Of a stretch of 64,000 bases of DNA, positions 21,244-34,816 are shown piece by piece. The stretch is taken from NCBI GenBank assembly GCA_044892525.1, contig CM097885.1:19036001-19100000 (forward strand). Reading direction: 5' to 3'. Every line of letters begins with the position of its first letter. Position 1 is the stretch's first letter. Made by a program: the position numbers and the translations under genes. The notes beneath the pieces are model-generated. The model made no database searches and was not told the origin of the DNA. It saw only the letters and a program-made list of their open reading frames with translations. Origin of the DNA: Schmidtea polychroa. Lineage: Eukaryota.

Positions 21244-24221
21244 CTATTTTAAAATATGATGAGGTTAGTAGTTATGCTAGAAATAGGACATCCAGTTATA
21301 ATTTATCTGAATTAATATATAATCCATTGGACTTACCCATGAAATTAAAAGATATTAGAAAATTCGAGGCCAAAAATCCTGGTTTAATAATTAACGTTTT
21401 TTCTTATGACAATAACAAACAATTAATAGATAATTACGTTTTAAAACACCCACATTTAGACATTATACATCGTTCCAAAGTTTTAAATGGAACTGTAATT
21501 AATTTACTATTATTAAATAAAGGGAACAATTTCCATTACGTTGCTATAAGCAATTTAAATAGGTTATTGAATTGTGGTATCAACACTACTTGTCCTACAC
21601 GCATACGTTCATTATGGTGCCATCGGTGTTTGAATGGGTTTAATAATAGAAACGCACTAGAAAAACATGAAATATTATGCAAACGTAATCAATTAGGAAC
21701 AACTCTTTATACTTTCCCTCAAAATAAATTCTTACAGTTTACTGACTGGTCGAAAACAGTAACTCCTCCTTTTGTAGTTTATGCCGATTTTGAGGCTATT
21801 TTACCTTCTGATAATGATCATTTTCAGCGACACATGCCAATATCTGCTGGTCTTTTACTAGTAAATAACTTTGACGGATCTAAATCTTATCAGCAGTTCA
21901 TAGGTTTAGATTGCGTCGAGAGTTTTTTAAGTGCTATAGAGGATATAGCATTAAATAAGGTTCTTCCTTTTTATTATAAAATGGGTAGGAAACCAATGAT
22001 TAAATTAACGAAAATTGAGCAACAACAATTCATTAATTCAACGGTTTGTTATCTTTGTTTGAAATCTATCGTAGATCCTGTTAGAGATCACGATCATTTT
22101 ATGGGGAAATACTTGGGTGCAGCTTGTAGCACATGTAACGTAAATAGAAAAATAAATAAAATTTTGCCTATCGTATTTCACAACTTGAAGGGATACGATA
22201 TGCACCATATACTTAAATATGGATTAAATAAATTTAAAAATTGGAATTTAGGGTGCATCCCAATAACTACGGAAAAATTTATAGCTTTGATTGCTCATTT
22301 AGGTAAAATTAGCCTAAGATTCATTGATTCGTATCAATTTGTCAATGATTCTTTGGCTAAAGCAGTCAAAACTTTGAATTCTTTGCCTTTTACTAATTCT
22401 GCTTTTTCTGGCACCATAGTAAGTGAAAAAGGAATCTTCCCTTATAATTTCGCCACTTCTTTAGATATTCTCCAAACTACTTATGAATTACCACCAATCT
22501 GGGAGGGTGTCACTGAGCTTGAGTATGAAAAAGCTCAGGAGATTTGGGTAGAAACTAATTGCGTAACTTTATTAGATTATATGATGATCTACCTAAAACT
22601 TGATTGTTTTCTTTTGGCTGATTTCTTTCATCAGTTTCGGTTGAAATCCATTGCTCACAATAGATTGGAACCATTGAATTATTTCGGAATTCCAGGCATG
22701 TCTTGGTCTTCTGCATTAATGTCTTTAAATGAACCAATTGAACTCATAACTGAAAACGAAATGTTTAGCTTTTATGAGGGTGGAATAAGAGGCGGTCTTA
22801 CTTTTGTGAATAAGCATTACGTAAAAACCGACGAGAACACTGAGTTACTATATATAGATATTAATAATCTTTATGGCTGGGCTTTAAGTCAATCATTACC
22901 TTGTGGCGAATTTTGTTGGGTTCTTGATGGATTTGATAAAATAATGGATGAATGTAGGAATTTAAATCTTGAATCTTTGTCTTATGGATACACACTTGAA
23001 GTTGATCTTGTAATTCCTTCTGAGCTTCATGATAAGTTGGATGATTTCCCTGTAGCTGCTGAAAAAATGAAACCTGCTGGGTCTAAGGTTGAAAAATTAT
23101 TATTAACTCATCTTCCAAAATCTAATTATGTTATTCATTGGAGATTATTAAAATTATATTTGGAACTTGGTGTTAAAGTAACACGTGTAAATAGGGGTGT
23201 AAGATTTAAGCAATCACCAATTTTTAAAAAATATATAGATACAAATACCGAATTAAGATCAAAAAGCGTAAATAGCTTAGATAAAAATTATTATAAATTG
23301 CTAAATAATAGTTTATACGGCAAAACAGTTGAAAATTTAAAGAGAAGAATGAATCTTCGTCTTTGTACAACTGCCGGTAAATTAGTTAAATATTCGTCAA
23401 AACCGACTTTTAAAAAATCTATTAAAATAGCAGATAATTTAATTGCAGCACTATTGAATTCCGATTCTATATGTTTAGATAGACCGAGTTACATTGGTCA
23501 ATCTGTACTTGATCTATCTAAACTTAGAATGTATGAATTGCAATATAAGGATCTGGAATCATTTCGCAATGAGTTTAATTGTAAAATTAATATCGTTGCA
23601 GGTGATACAGATTCTTTTTTCCTCGAAGTCATTAACTGCAAACTTGAGGTTCTTTTACCTGCAATGGTTCGAGATAATTTATTGGATACTTCCAATTACA
23701 ATAGTTGTCATTCCTTATATAGTAAGAACCTTGATTCAGTCATTGGAAAGTTCAAAGACGAGAATAAAGGTCTTAAATATAAGGAGTGGGTTTTTCTTAG
23801 ACCTAAATGTTATAGCTTGTTGGGTGATGAGGAAACAAAAAAGGCTAAAGGTGTAACATTGAAAGGTAGTGACATAAAACATCAGTCATACCTGGATTGT
23901 TATAACACTAACCAGATTTTTTCGGTTCCTCAGACTAAAATAACAAGCAAAAATCATCAAATTTTTACAATTAAAAACACAAAAATAGCACTAACTAACA
24001 AAGATGACAAAAGGGTTTGGGTGGGGCAAAATACTAGTCTTGCATATGGGCATGTAAGATTAAGTGAATTAAATATTGGAGAAAATGTTGGAGAAATTGT
24101 TGCAGAAAATGTTTCAGAAAATGTTGGAGAAAATGATGGAGAAGATGAGGAAGAATTAAATGAAGATTTTGGAGAAGATGACATCGATATCGATGACGTT
24201 ATTTTGTCCGATGAGGACTAA
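21222..24221 (+). CDS. polB: Protein-primed family B DNA polymerase; right copy, same 999-aa translation
   Basis: Same motifs, and the translation appears identical to 11938-14937. AATAAA follows the stop. Confidence 0.95.
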   Translation: MFLYSILAILKYDEVSSYARNRTSSYNLSELIYNPLDLPMKLKDIRKFEAKNPGLIINVFSYDNNKQLIDNYVLKHPHLDIIHRSKVLNGTVINLLLLNKGNNFHYVAISNLNRLLNCGINTTCPTRIRSLWCHRCLNGFNNRNALEKHEILCKRNQLGTTLYTFPQNKFLQFTDWSKTVTPPFVVYADFEAILPSDNDHFQRHMPISAGLLLVNNFDGSKSYQQFIGLDCVESFLSAIEDIALNKVLPFYYKMGRKPMIKLTKIEQQQFINSTVCYLCLKSIVDPVRDHDHFMGKYLGAACSTCNVNRKINKILPIVFHNLKGYDMHHILKYGLNKFKNWNLGCIPITTEKFIALIAHLGKISLRFIDSYQFVNDSLAKAVKTLNSLPFTNSAFSGTIVSEKGIFPYNFATSLDILQTTYELPPIWEGVTELEYEKAQEIWVETNCVTLLDYMMIYLKLDCFLLADFFHQFRLKSIAHNRLEPLNYFGIPGMSWSSALMSLNEPIELITENEMFSFYEGGIRGGLTFVNKHYVKTDENTELLYIDINNLYGWALSQSLPCGEFCWVLDGFDKIMDECRNLNLESLSYGYTLEVDLVIPSELHDKLDDFPVAAEKMKPAGSKVEKLLLTHLPKSNYVIHWRLLKLYLELGVKVTRVNRGVRFKQSPIFKKYIDTNTELRSKSVNSLDKNYYKLLNNSLYGKTVENLKRRMNLRLCTTAGKLVKYSSKPTFKKSIKIADNLIAALLNSDSICLDRPSYIGQSVLDLSKLRMYELQYKDLESFRNEFNCKINIVAGDTDSFFLEVINCKLEVLLPAMVRDNLLDTSNYNSCHSLYSKNLDSVIGKFKDENKGLKYKEWVFLRPKCYSLLGDEETKKAKGVTLKGSDIKHQSYLDCYNTNQIFSVPQTKITSKNHQIFTIKNTKIALTNKDDKRVWVGQNTSLAYGHVRLSELNIGENVGEIVAENVSENVGENDGEDEEELNEDFGEDDIDIDDVILSDED

Positions 24222-24408
24222 TTTTATTGAATAAATTTTATATCTTTACATTTGTTATTTGGTAAATTTTTATGTTTGTTATGTGTCTAGTTCATTTTTA
24301 TGTGTTTAGTTAATGTTTATATGTTTTGTTATGTGTCTAGTTATTTTTATGTGTTTAGTTAATTTTTTATGTGTTGTATAGTATTTGGTTGATATATTAT
24401 TAATATTA

Positions 24409-24488
<80 letters not shown>

Positions 24489-25497
24489 TCATAAAAATTT
24501 TCATTAAAAATTATCTTAAAAATTATTCTATTAAAATTTCCATTAAAAATTACCATTGAAAATTATTCATAAAAATTTCTATTAAAAATTACTTAAAAAA
24601 TAATTCATTAAAATTTCCATTAAAAAATTTCAATTCTCAAACACCTTCTATTTTTGTTAATAAATTTAAAAATCTTACTTTAATTTACTTATTACATTAC
24701 TTTAATTTACTTATTTAAAAATTATTACTTTAATTTACTTATTTAACTTTAATTTAAATTTTTTTTTACCATTGATTATTTAATTTTAAAATTTGGACCT
24801 TAATTAACTTTAATTTAATTTTTAGAACCATAATTTACTTTAATTTTAAAATTTTTGACCATTTTTTACTGTAATTTAATTTTTAGAACCATTATTTACT
24901 GTAATTTAAAATATTTGGACCATTATTTACTTTAATTTAATTTTTTAGAACCATTATTTACTTTAATTTAAAAATTTGGATCATAATTTACTTTAATTTA
25001 AATTTTTGGACTGTAATTCAAAAATTTTGACCATAATTTACTTTAATTTAATTTTTAAGAACCATAATTTACTTTAATTTAATTTTTAAGAACCATAATT
25101 TACTTTAATTTAAAAATTTGGACCATAATTTACTGTAATTTAATTTTTTAGAACCATTATTTACTTTAATTGAAAAATCTTAGCCCATAATTTACTTATT
25201 TAGACCATAATTTACTTTATTTCAAAAATAAATCTGAACCTTGATTTACTTAAATTTTTAGACCCATCATTTACTTTATTTTTAAATTTTAGACCCATAA
25301 TTTACTTTATTTTAAAAATTTACTATGCGTTTTTTAATGTAAACCACCTTTTCTATTGAAATTCTCATGACCAAGAAGATCCCCTCACTATAGTGTGAAA
25401 AATCCATGCTTTTTTATTGAAGACTACCTTTTTCTATTGAAATTCTCAGGACCAAGGAGACCCACCCAAATAATATTTATCCTTGGCTTGTTTATTG

Positions 25498-25528
<31 letters not shown>

Positions 25529-26295
25529 TATTTAAAATCCCAGAAAACATTGGGCATTACGGCAACAATTATGTAATCAAAAAATGTCTACGGAAAAAGT
25601 TATGCAATCAAAAGTTTGCAACATTTTTTACCCCCCCCCCCCCCCCCCCTATTGCTGCCGTAAGCCACTAACTACCTACTTATCCTAATGATTTAAATTA
25701 AATAATTTAAAATAATATTAATAATTATAAATTTTATTATAAAAATTATACAAGTAATTTTGTCAACACAAATGGATGCCATTGGTTATTTCCAAGTCGC
25801 AATTAAATGATTTGAGCAATGAAATCTCATTTCAATATTATAAGACATTGTCGGGCCAAGTAATTATGAAATATCATTATGAAATAAATTATATCAGTAA
25901 ATTGTTTCACTTTATATAGATTTTTTTTGATCATGATATTTAGTACATTTTCATTTTGAAAAAATAACAAATATTTTATTCTAAGCAACAAAAACGTTTG
26001 GATTTCCCCTTATTAAGCGTTATTCAAACAAAAAACACTTTATTAAAAGAAAGCCGAAAATTTTTGTTATGTCAAATTAAACCTTTGATTTTTTATCAAA
26101 ATGATAAGAGAAGTTGTTGAAATTTGTGGAAATGTATTATAAATAATAATGTGATTAATTGGTTCCTTGTTATTCAAAACAATATTTTGAGAAACATGGA
26201 GATTTTTAAAAAAAAGATTTTTAGAATTTATATTTTAAAATATATAACAATTGGTATATAAAAACAAAGGAGAATTCTTAAAACGTAATCCCAGG

Positions 26296-26751
26296 CATGG
26301 CCGTATTAATAAGTTTGAGCGCCCTGGGCTAAATAAAATTTTGCACCCCCACGTTTTAAAATCCTTATACTTATATAACTGACAAGCAATTAATTTTATT
26401 TTTAGATTGGTTTTAAATGTAATTAAATAATTATGTATAAAGTATTTTTTTTCTTTGGTAATTTTTATAAGAATTTTAATAAAAGTTTGTGATACTTTAA
26501 AATGTAATCAAAGTCGAATTTAATCTTTATAGAAGTTAGGTCATTAGCAGACATGGTTTATATGGATGAGAAAAAATATAACATTGAACACATTACTAAC
26601 TTAAATCACAGATACGCAAAATATAAAGAAAATTACTTTTTTTTAAATTAAAAAAAGTAATAAAATTTCACCATCTTGTTTTCTTAACGCCCTCGGATCG
26701 ATGGCGCCCCTGGGCTGTAGCCCAATTAGCCCTATGGTTAATGGGGCCATG
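26296..26751. mobile_element. hAT non-autonomous element, 456 bp
   Basis: TIRs CATGGCCGTATTAA / TTAATGGGGCCATG, with a perfect 8-bp TSD ATCCCAGG (26288-26295, 26752-26759). Confidence 0.88.
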
Positions 26752-27915
26752 ATCCCAGGTCCGCGTTATTTGACGGTTGCTTGTATTTCAAATTTATTTG
26801 TCTTTAAACAACCCTTCAAAAACAAGTACAATTCAACTTGTTTATTATGGATAGACACTGGACTAAGTGGACATGACTGGTTGTGAACATTACATACATT
26901 TTCGTACTTTATAGTCAACTTGTTATAAACTATGAACATAAACTTTAAATAGGAAAGAACAAAGTGAATATTAGGTAACAAAGACATATTATGTTATAAT
27001 GTTCCGAGACCTTCTCCTGTCTCCTTTTTTGCATATACGCATTTTAAAGATTTTTAAATTTTGTTTAAATCGACTAGTGTTGAACCTTGATATATACATT
27101 ACCTAATCACCATTTTGAAATTTCTGTTTTAGTGCGCCATTTTTGAATTTACCTATTGTTTTAAATGGCTTGAAATACTTTCATTTAAACAATTAATAGG
27201 CAGAGTTTTATTCGCTACAAGAAGACATTAATTAAATTAACAATTTCATAAGCTATACAAGTTATTTAACAAAATTTCACAACAAAACACGTATATAGGA
27301 TAAGCAACGCAACATTTCATATTTTGCATCGAGCCGAATTTTTAAAGAATTAAAATTTTGTTTTTATTAAGTTACAATCAGAACATGGTAAGTGCTTACA
27401 AAACATGCAGGTAGACAGATGTGTGCACTCAAAAACAAAGAAATATTGGGAAACAAGTCCAAAAATAAGGATTAAATTTCAAACATGTAGATATAAAAGT
27501 TCTTATAAAATAATAAATTGATGATGCAATCGTCGATTAAAACCAAACCAAAATTTAAAAGATATTTTTATGCAAAGAATTGTTCTTGCAAAATTATTAT
27601 ATTATATATCTTTGTTACGTAATGATTCTTTGTTTTAAGTGCACACATCTGTCTACATGTTTTACGGATAAAATCTTTATTTTCGATACTTTAAATATTC
27701 AATGAAATTATAAAGTAATTTGTAAATATAAAATTTTTAAATACGTTTTGAATAGAACATGAGAAGGAAAAATATTATTAAAATTGTTTAAACAGAAATT
27801 TAGGGGTTGAATTATCTTTATAAAAATATTTTGATTTTAAAACTTACAAAAATATTTTTTAATCTAATGTAATTATCTTTTTCCTTAAAAATGCCTTTAC
27901 ATCAAGATTATATAA

Positions 27916-27999
<84 letters not shown>

Positions 28000-28049
28000 G
28001 AACTTTTTTTCTTCCAATTTCACCACTGATTAGATTTCCCATTGAATTT

Positions 28050-28125
28050 ATTAAAAAGAGAGCTTGAAGACTATAAATCAGTAATATATTGATGTTTGCT
28101 GATACTCACGAATTTTCGACACGAA
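28050..28125 (+). repeat. Dispersed repeat family (GCTTGAAGACTATAAATCA.TAATATATCGATGTTT.TGATA.TCACGAATTTTCG); other copies at ~30690-30790, ~32595-32670, ~42400-42470(-), ~57440-57510 and ~57940-58005(-)
   Basis: Visible multi-copy similarity on both strands. Confidence 0.7.
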
Positions 28126-28174
28126 CATCGTTATATTATTTATAGTCTTCAAACTCTTCTTTTATTAAATATAA

Positions 28175-28235
<61 letters not shown>

Positions 28236-29046
28236 TTTTTCAATTTTGATCTCTGATATTTTTCCCATTGACATTGTATTTATTAAAAAATTGACTATCG
28301 ATGTTTATTTTGATATCTTTATCGATTCATAGTCTAGCTTTTAATAAATAAAGAAAGAAATTGGTGTTCTTCGGTCAATATTAATTAAAGAATAAAGAAA
28401 TTATGGAAATTCAAAGATTTCATATTGACAGAAGAAATAGGAAGATATAAGATAACAGTGATTTTGATGTGCAAATCATCGAAGAAAATTTAGTAAAGGG
28501 TATTAGATAAATATGTTATTATCAGTATATTTTCTTTTCGAATTTACATCTTTTAAACGAATTGTGCATAAAATTTTAAATAGATATTGTGGGTATTGCA
28601 AAATAATTGATATTAAACAATTTGTTTTTTGACTGTATATATTTTAAAAATGCATTATATTTCTTGCACCATTTTACTACTGCCTTATGAAAGACCATAT
28701 CAAGGATATATTAATAACTATTCTTCCAACATCTGCATTTATAAAGCATTACCCTGGATTTTGAGCAACTAATTATATTTATTTTAATTTTGGATAAAAG
28801 TATGGCAAATCATCTTTCTACATTTATTCATCTCTCAATTCTTTAGATAATTTATTTAACTTGTACACAACTCCATTTTATATTACCCCTTGATTCTGAC
28901 TATAATAATACCTTTTTTGACATTATAAAATATTAATAATCTAGTACAACAAATTTTAAAATATTTTAAGAAAATTTATTTTTAATTTAATTATTAAAAA
29001 AAATATTTATTATTTTATCAAATTAATGAAAAAATAAAATGATCAT

Positions 29047-29149
<103 letters not shown>

Positions 29150-29918
29150 AATTATTATTTATATATTTACTTATATTATGCTTATTATTATTTTGATTAC
29201 TATTTAGATAAATATACCATCTTTCAGAAGATCTCTTTAAAGATTTTTAATAAAAGCCTTTTAAACTTCAAAAAAAAGTTCTATAATTTCAAATAATTTA
29301 TTAGACATTTTCAGTACACCCATGACGGTGAATGCCATCAACCCTTCACTACCAACTGTTTTGACGAAATTTTCTCATAGCCATTTAATAACTAAACAAA
29401 CCATATAAAAGTTATATCCTAAAAAGTTGTTAAAAATAAAAAAAATATTTGTATGAAGTAAAACAAAATGTTAAAGACAAATTATAAACCAGCCGCAAAA
29501 ATTGAAAAAACAAAACTATTTCATCTAGTGAAAATTGCCGGATAAAAGGGAAAATGGTAATTGATTGAAGTATATCAAAGACGCGGTAAATAGTTGTCAA
29601 TTTGATTCCATTTCATAATACATTTCCCAGCATTTACCGTTGCTCTTGATGACGTGATATTTCAACAATGCTCTTTGACAGCATTCAATAATGTTCCTAT
29701 ACGTTTTCTCTATCAAACTAAATCAAATTAATTTCCACTGAGAAATGGTTAGCTGCGCTCCCAGTTAATTACGAAATATATAATTTTATTCATCTCCCAA
29801 ATAGAGTAGTACTCAAGAGCAATATCGTTGATTAGGTTATGGTTAGGATAAAGAATTTAGGAATATATTTCAAGCAGAAATTTACATTTCAAATAAGTAA
29901 AATTAATCTAACCAACTG

Positions 29919-30091
<173 letters not shown>

Positions 30092-30821
30092 GAAGTGTTT
30101 AATATATATATTTATATTAAATTTAAATTAATTAAATTAAAATAATTAAGCTTAATTAAATAAAAAATATAAATTTACCAATATATATAATCCTCACTTA
30201 TTTTATGCTGAATCAATCAAAATATATAATTATAATCTCTTAGATAATGATAATGTATTTCGTTGATCAGACAGGATAAATGTCTTTTAAAAATTGGATA
30301 TTATTTTTGAAATTTTTTTATTATTTATATTATTTTCACAAATATTTGTAGCAACCTATATTGGAATTAAATAAATTTTGCAAATGTTATCACTGTCATT
30401 CTTGAAATGATTGAAATAATTATGAAATCTAATAAAAAATAACAACTTCTAGCCAATATACTATTTTCATTTGAAAATGTTAGAATTAAAAATTAATAGA
30501 AATATAAACTTTTAATAATATTAATCTTTCATTTCATAATCGAAAACTTTCATTTTAGTTTTTAATAAAATCTCATATTAAATAATTTTATATTTAATTG
30601 GTGTTGGTATCAGGAAACCATTCTTAAATAGTTCTTTAGTTCTTTTACCTTTTTTCCAATTTTAACACTGATTTCCTTTCCATTGAACTTTTTAAAAAGA
30701 GCTTGAAGACTATAAATCATTAATATATCGATGTTTTTGATATTCACGAATTTTCGCCACTGCTTTTTTTTAGTGAATATCAAAAACATAAATTCAATAA
30801 AAATAATAAAAATAAAAATAA

Positions 30822-30928
<107 letters not shown>

Positions 30929-33502
30929 TTAATAACCAAGTATAAAAGTGCTGATTTCTTGGTAACGGCATTAATAAAATTTTAAACAATAATATACGGA
31001 AATATTCCTATAGCAAATTTAGTTTTGAAAAATGTTCTATTTTCTGTCACAAATATATTCTTTTATAATCTCTTTTTGTATTTGAACCAATTGGTTCGTT
31101 ATTATAATTGTAGACATTGTGATAATCTTTGCTAAAGCTTTTATACAGGGTTAATCAATCAGCCTTAGGAGAACTTAAGTTATAAAAAATGGATTTTCCA
31201 AAAAAAATATTTAGAAAACTTTAATTAATAAATTATACGCTTATTCTCTTTGTTATTATTTTTTTAATGAAATATAATTTATATATTAAAGATTTATATT
31301 TCGTTCGTAAAATATATCAAGAGTGATCCTTATAAGCTTAAATTTTATAATTTTGTCGGTGAAAGTTTGATTTATGATAAATTGTTTATCAAGTGTCGTT
31401 TCAATAGTATTGCTAACAAGACTTCATTGAGCCGACAAAATGTCGAGTAGTTTTTTAAAAATTATCCTGCTAGATTTTTTTACATAAAAAAAAGTAAAAG
31501 CAAGTTTAAAGTGATTTAATCAAATTTTTCGAATATTTACAAATTTTTTATCGTTATCGAAGATCATTATAAAAATAACGGCGTCAATTAGAATTTCAAA
31601 AAATATCAGAAGTATGGGAACTGTCAATTTATGAATCTGCTTTCCATAGATTGCTTTTAAAAAGATTTTAGATTTTAAATTGAGATAATAAATAATCGGA
31701 CAATTTTAAATATAAATCGGAAAAAAGTACTCTTTAAACAAATTCTTTCAAGGAAATGACGCAATTTGTAAATTATGTATGTTACAACTTGTAATAAATG
31801 TATATTTTAGTAATAATGTCATGGGTATTGTTATTGTTATTATTATTTTAAATAATTAAATAATAATTTAAGCCTATTGCTGCGAATAATACATTTAATA
31901 CAAATGAAAAGATTTTCGACTATAGGATAGCCCTTGTCAATTTCCTGGAATTTAGATTCTTCTATTTTCAAAATGCTTTTTGATCTTTTTATTTATTTCA
32001 TGTTTCTTACTTCTCAATCGTTAAAAATAATAATAAACTTTTTCTGAAGAATTTAAATTTTAAAATTTTTTTTAAATAAATATTTTGTAAAATTTAAAAC
32101 GCAACACTAAAAATTTTTTTAATTTTTAATGCTTTTATAATTAGCTCATAGAAATCTATTTTAATAAATAATATCTTAAAATATTTATAAAATATAGTTT
32201 CTGATAACTATTTATATACGAAATTTAAATATTAACAAAAACATGTTTTTATTTTGAATTTTATTCCTAATGTTCTTTTTAAAATATTTTTTATCTATTT
32301 TACTACATTATTTTAAAATTATTATTTTTTCTTTTTTAATTTAATTTTTTCTATAATTTTGTTTTTTTCTTTAGTGTTGACTGTTGGCCGTCTATTTACG
32401 ACGATAATTGTTTCTTTAAGTCTGACATTTATTTGGATGTTTGAAAAGAAATATTTTATAGTCAAAGGTTCTTTCATTTATATCACTTGAAAATCATAGA
32501 TATATTACTGATTTTTAGACTAAAAGCTCTTATCAATTAATAAAATGGAAACAAAACTCAGTGGTGAAATTGGAAAACATGCTTATAATATATATAAAGC
32601 TTGACTATGAATCAGTAAATATATCGATGTTTTTGATATTCACGAATTTTCGGCACTGCTTTTTCAAGTGAATTTGATCAACAAAGTTCAATGTGATATA
32701 ATAATTCAAATTACTTACATAAATTATTTTTCTAGAGTATGACTTAAACTACTGTTAAATAAATTTAACTAAATTAAATACAGTTTAAATACAATTAAAT
32801 AAACATGCGTAAATTTCAAACCATCTATTATTAGATTCAATTAGGAAATAGTAAATTTACACAAATTTCAAATTCAATCTGTTATTAGCAGGAAAATGTG
32901 TACACTAACTGATGTATGCGCACATATTTATTATTGATATGCACACTAAAGTTAAGAAGTAATATTGTGATTTGTCATTGGCGCAAACCACTTTAACATA
33001 TTAACAAAACATTTAACTTTCAATGTGTAGGTTTAAATGGATCATTCGAAAAACATAAGAATAATATTTCAAATAATTCAATACAAGTCAAACACGGGTT
33101 TGCCTATTTTTATATAAAAAGTATAATGTCACATATTCTAAAACATTGAAGAATGAATGGAATGAATAATATTAGTAAGTACAAAATCTTCTTTGAAAAA
33201 TATGTATGTCTGTTTTTAAAGATGCATTAATGCTATTTTTATTACACATAATAACATAATCATGGTTTATTGTTTAAATCACATTTCTTGTTAAAATTAC
33301 ACGATCGAAACATTTATGGTAATCTATCAAAATATAAATTTAAAAATATATAGTTTTTATATAGATTAATTTATAGTTTTCATTAATTCATTAAATATTT
33401 ATAATATTTATTTAAAATATTTAAATATAAAAATTATTTTAAATTCAACCTTTTTAAATTCCTTAACATTTGTTGATAGACTGGAAAATATAATTTAAAT
33501 AC

Positions 33503-33605
33503 CTTTAAAATAATTCCCAGCTACGTCTTCCACACTTGCTCCTTGCCCAGAATCAGCACTGCAGACATCAATATCATTTGCTGGGGTGGCATTGCTCATT
33601 GATGG
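33503..33605 (-). CDS. Probable isolated exon of a host gene (PSMSNATPANDIDVCSADSGQGASVEDVAGNYFK)
   Basis: GC-elevated open 103-nt block bounded by TTTAG and GTATT on the minus strand. Product not recognised. Confidence 0.45.
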
Positions 33606-34729
33606 CTAAATGAAAATTTAATTTCAAATCCATTTTAAAATTATAATATTTTATAATTTTTTGAAAATAATTTTAATTAATCTATCAAAAAAAATACAAA
33701 TTGATACTTGATATTATTTTAAATTTGTATTTATTATATTTCATAAAAATAATTAAATAAAAACGTTAATTATATTTCAAAGTAGTCCAAAGTAGAAGTC
33801 AATTAAATTTTTCATATTTTGAATATTCTAAAGTCTCATAAAAAATGCAATTATTGAAATTTTGATATAGGAAAAGAGAACATAAAAAGACAGTTTGGAA
33901 TAAATTCGATTGTTCAAAATACTAAACAACTCTAACTATACAAACTAATTTCTTCTTTTAGAGAGTTTTGTCTATTTTTGTAGCTGATATTTGGTCAGTT
34001 GTTTTAATGTGCATTAATTCTGTTCAAGGTTTTGAAGTTCTTCAACAAATGGATCTTTAAAAATTCTGTTATTTTTTGGATAACTTATTTAAAAATCCCT
34101 TTATAATAGAAAGATAATGATAATATGCTTAAAATGATAATATGCTAATATGCTTATGATAATATGCTTAATTTAAAAGTCTTAGATTTGTCGTAGGATT
34201 TGTCGTAGACAAAAATATCATATTATGATAACTTCAAAATTACAAATATATATTACATATATTGGAAATGTTAATTCAAGAAAACTACCCTTTATAATTT
34301 GTCTATGTTGCACACGTTTAATTATTTACAGTGATGAATAATCATATTATAAATTATTAATCATTCTCTTTTTTTATGACTAAAAAACCTTTTTCTTCAA
34401 TACCAACACAGATTTAGGCAAACAATCCTCACACTTGCTTTTTAATTTATTTAACTCATTATCAAAATCACCCACATTTATATACATCATGGTCAAGAAT
34501 TACCAATCCATATTCTTTGTCGATTTCCTTTTATTTAAATTATAATTTTTATAATTTTTAAAGAATAAAATATTTAAAAAAAAATTAAATAATTAAATAA
34601 TTTGTTCAAAAATATGTAATTTCTATAGTTATTATATTCTACCTGAAGAAGACAGAAAACTGTCGATATATATCGTAAAACGAATGTTTCTGTGGCACTT
34701 TCGTTGCCATGTATGTTTAACTATTTATA

Positions 34730-34816
<87 letters not shown>

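Larger units (their letters stand above)
10517..25680. mobile_element. Giant palindromic (foldback) Polinton/Maverick-like element encoding two copies of protein-primed PolB, with no integrase or capsid genes
   Basis: Left end AGTAGGTAGTTAGTGGCTTACGGCAGCAATAGGG and right end CCCTATTGCTGCCGTAAGCCACTAACTACCTACT are reverse complements. Both are flanked by TATCCT (10511-10516 and 25681-25686). A 6-bp TSD, AG...CT termini and pPolB are Polinton hallmarks. Confidence 0.93.
18583..25680 (+). repeat. Right arm (7098 bp) of the giant inverted repeat
   Basis: Mirror of 10517-17635. The 21-bp length difference is accounted for by indels in tandem repeats and homopolymers. Confidence 0.95.

Noticed and set aside
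10517..25680. Two independent Polintons inserted head to head
   Set aside because: One TSD pair encloses both arms, there are no internal termini or TSDs, and the arms share identical lesions.
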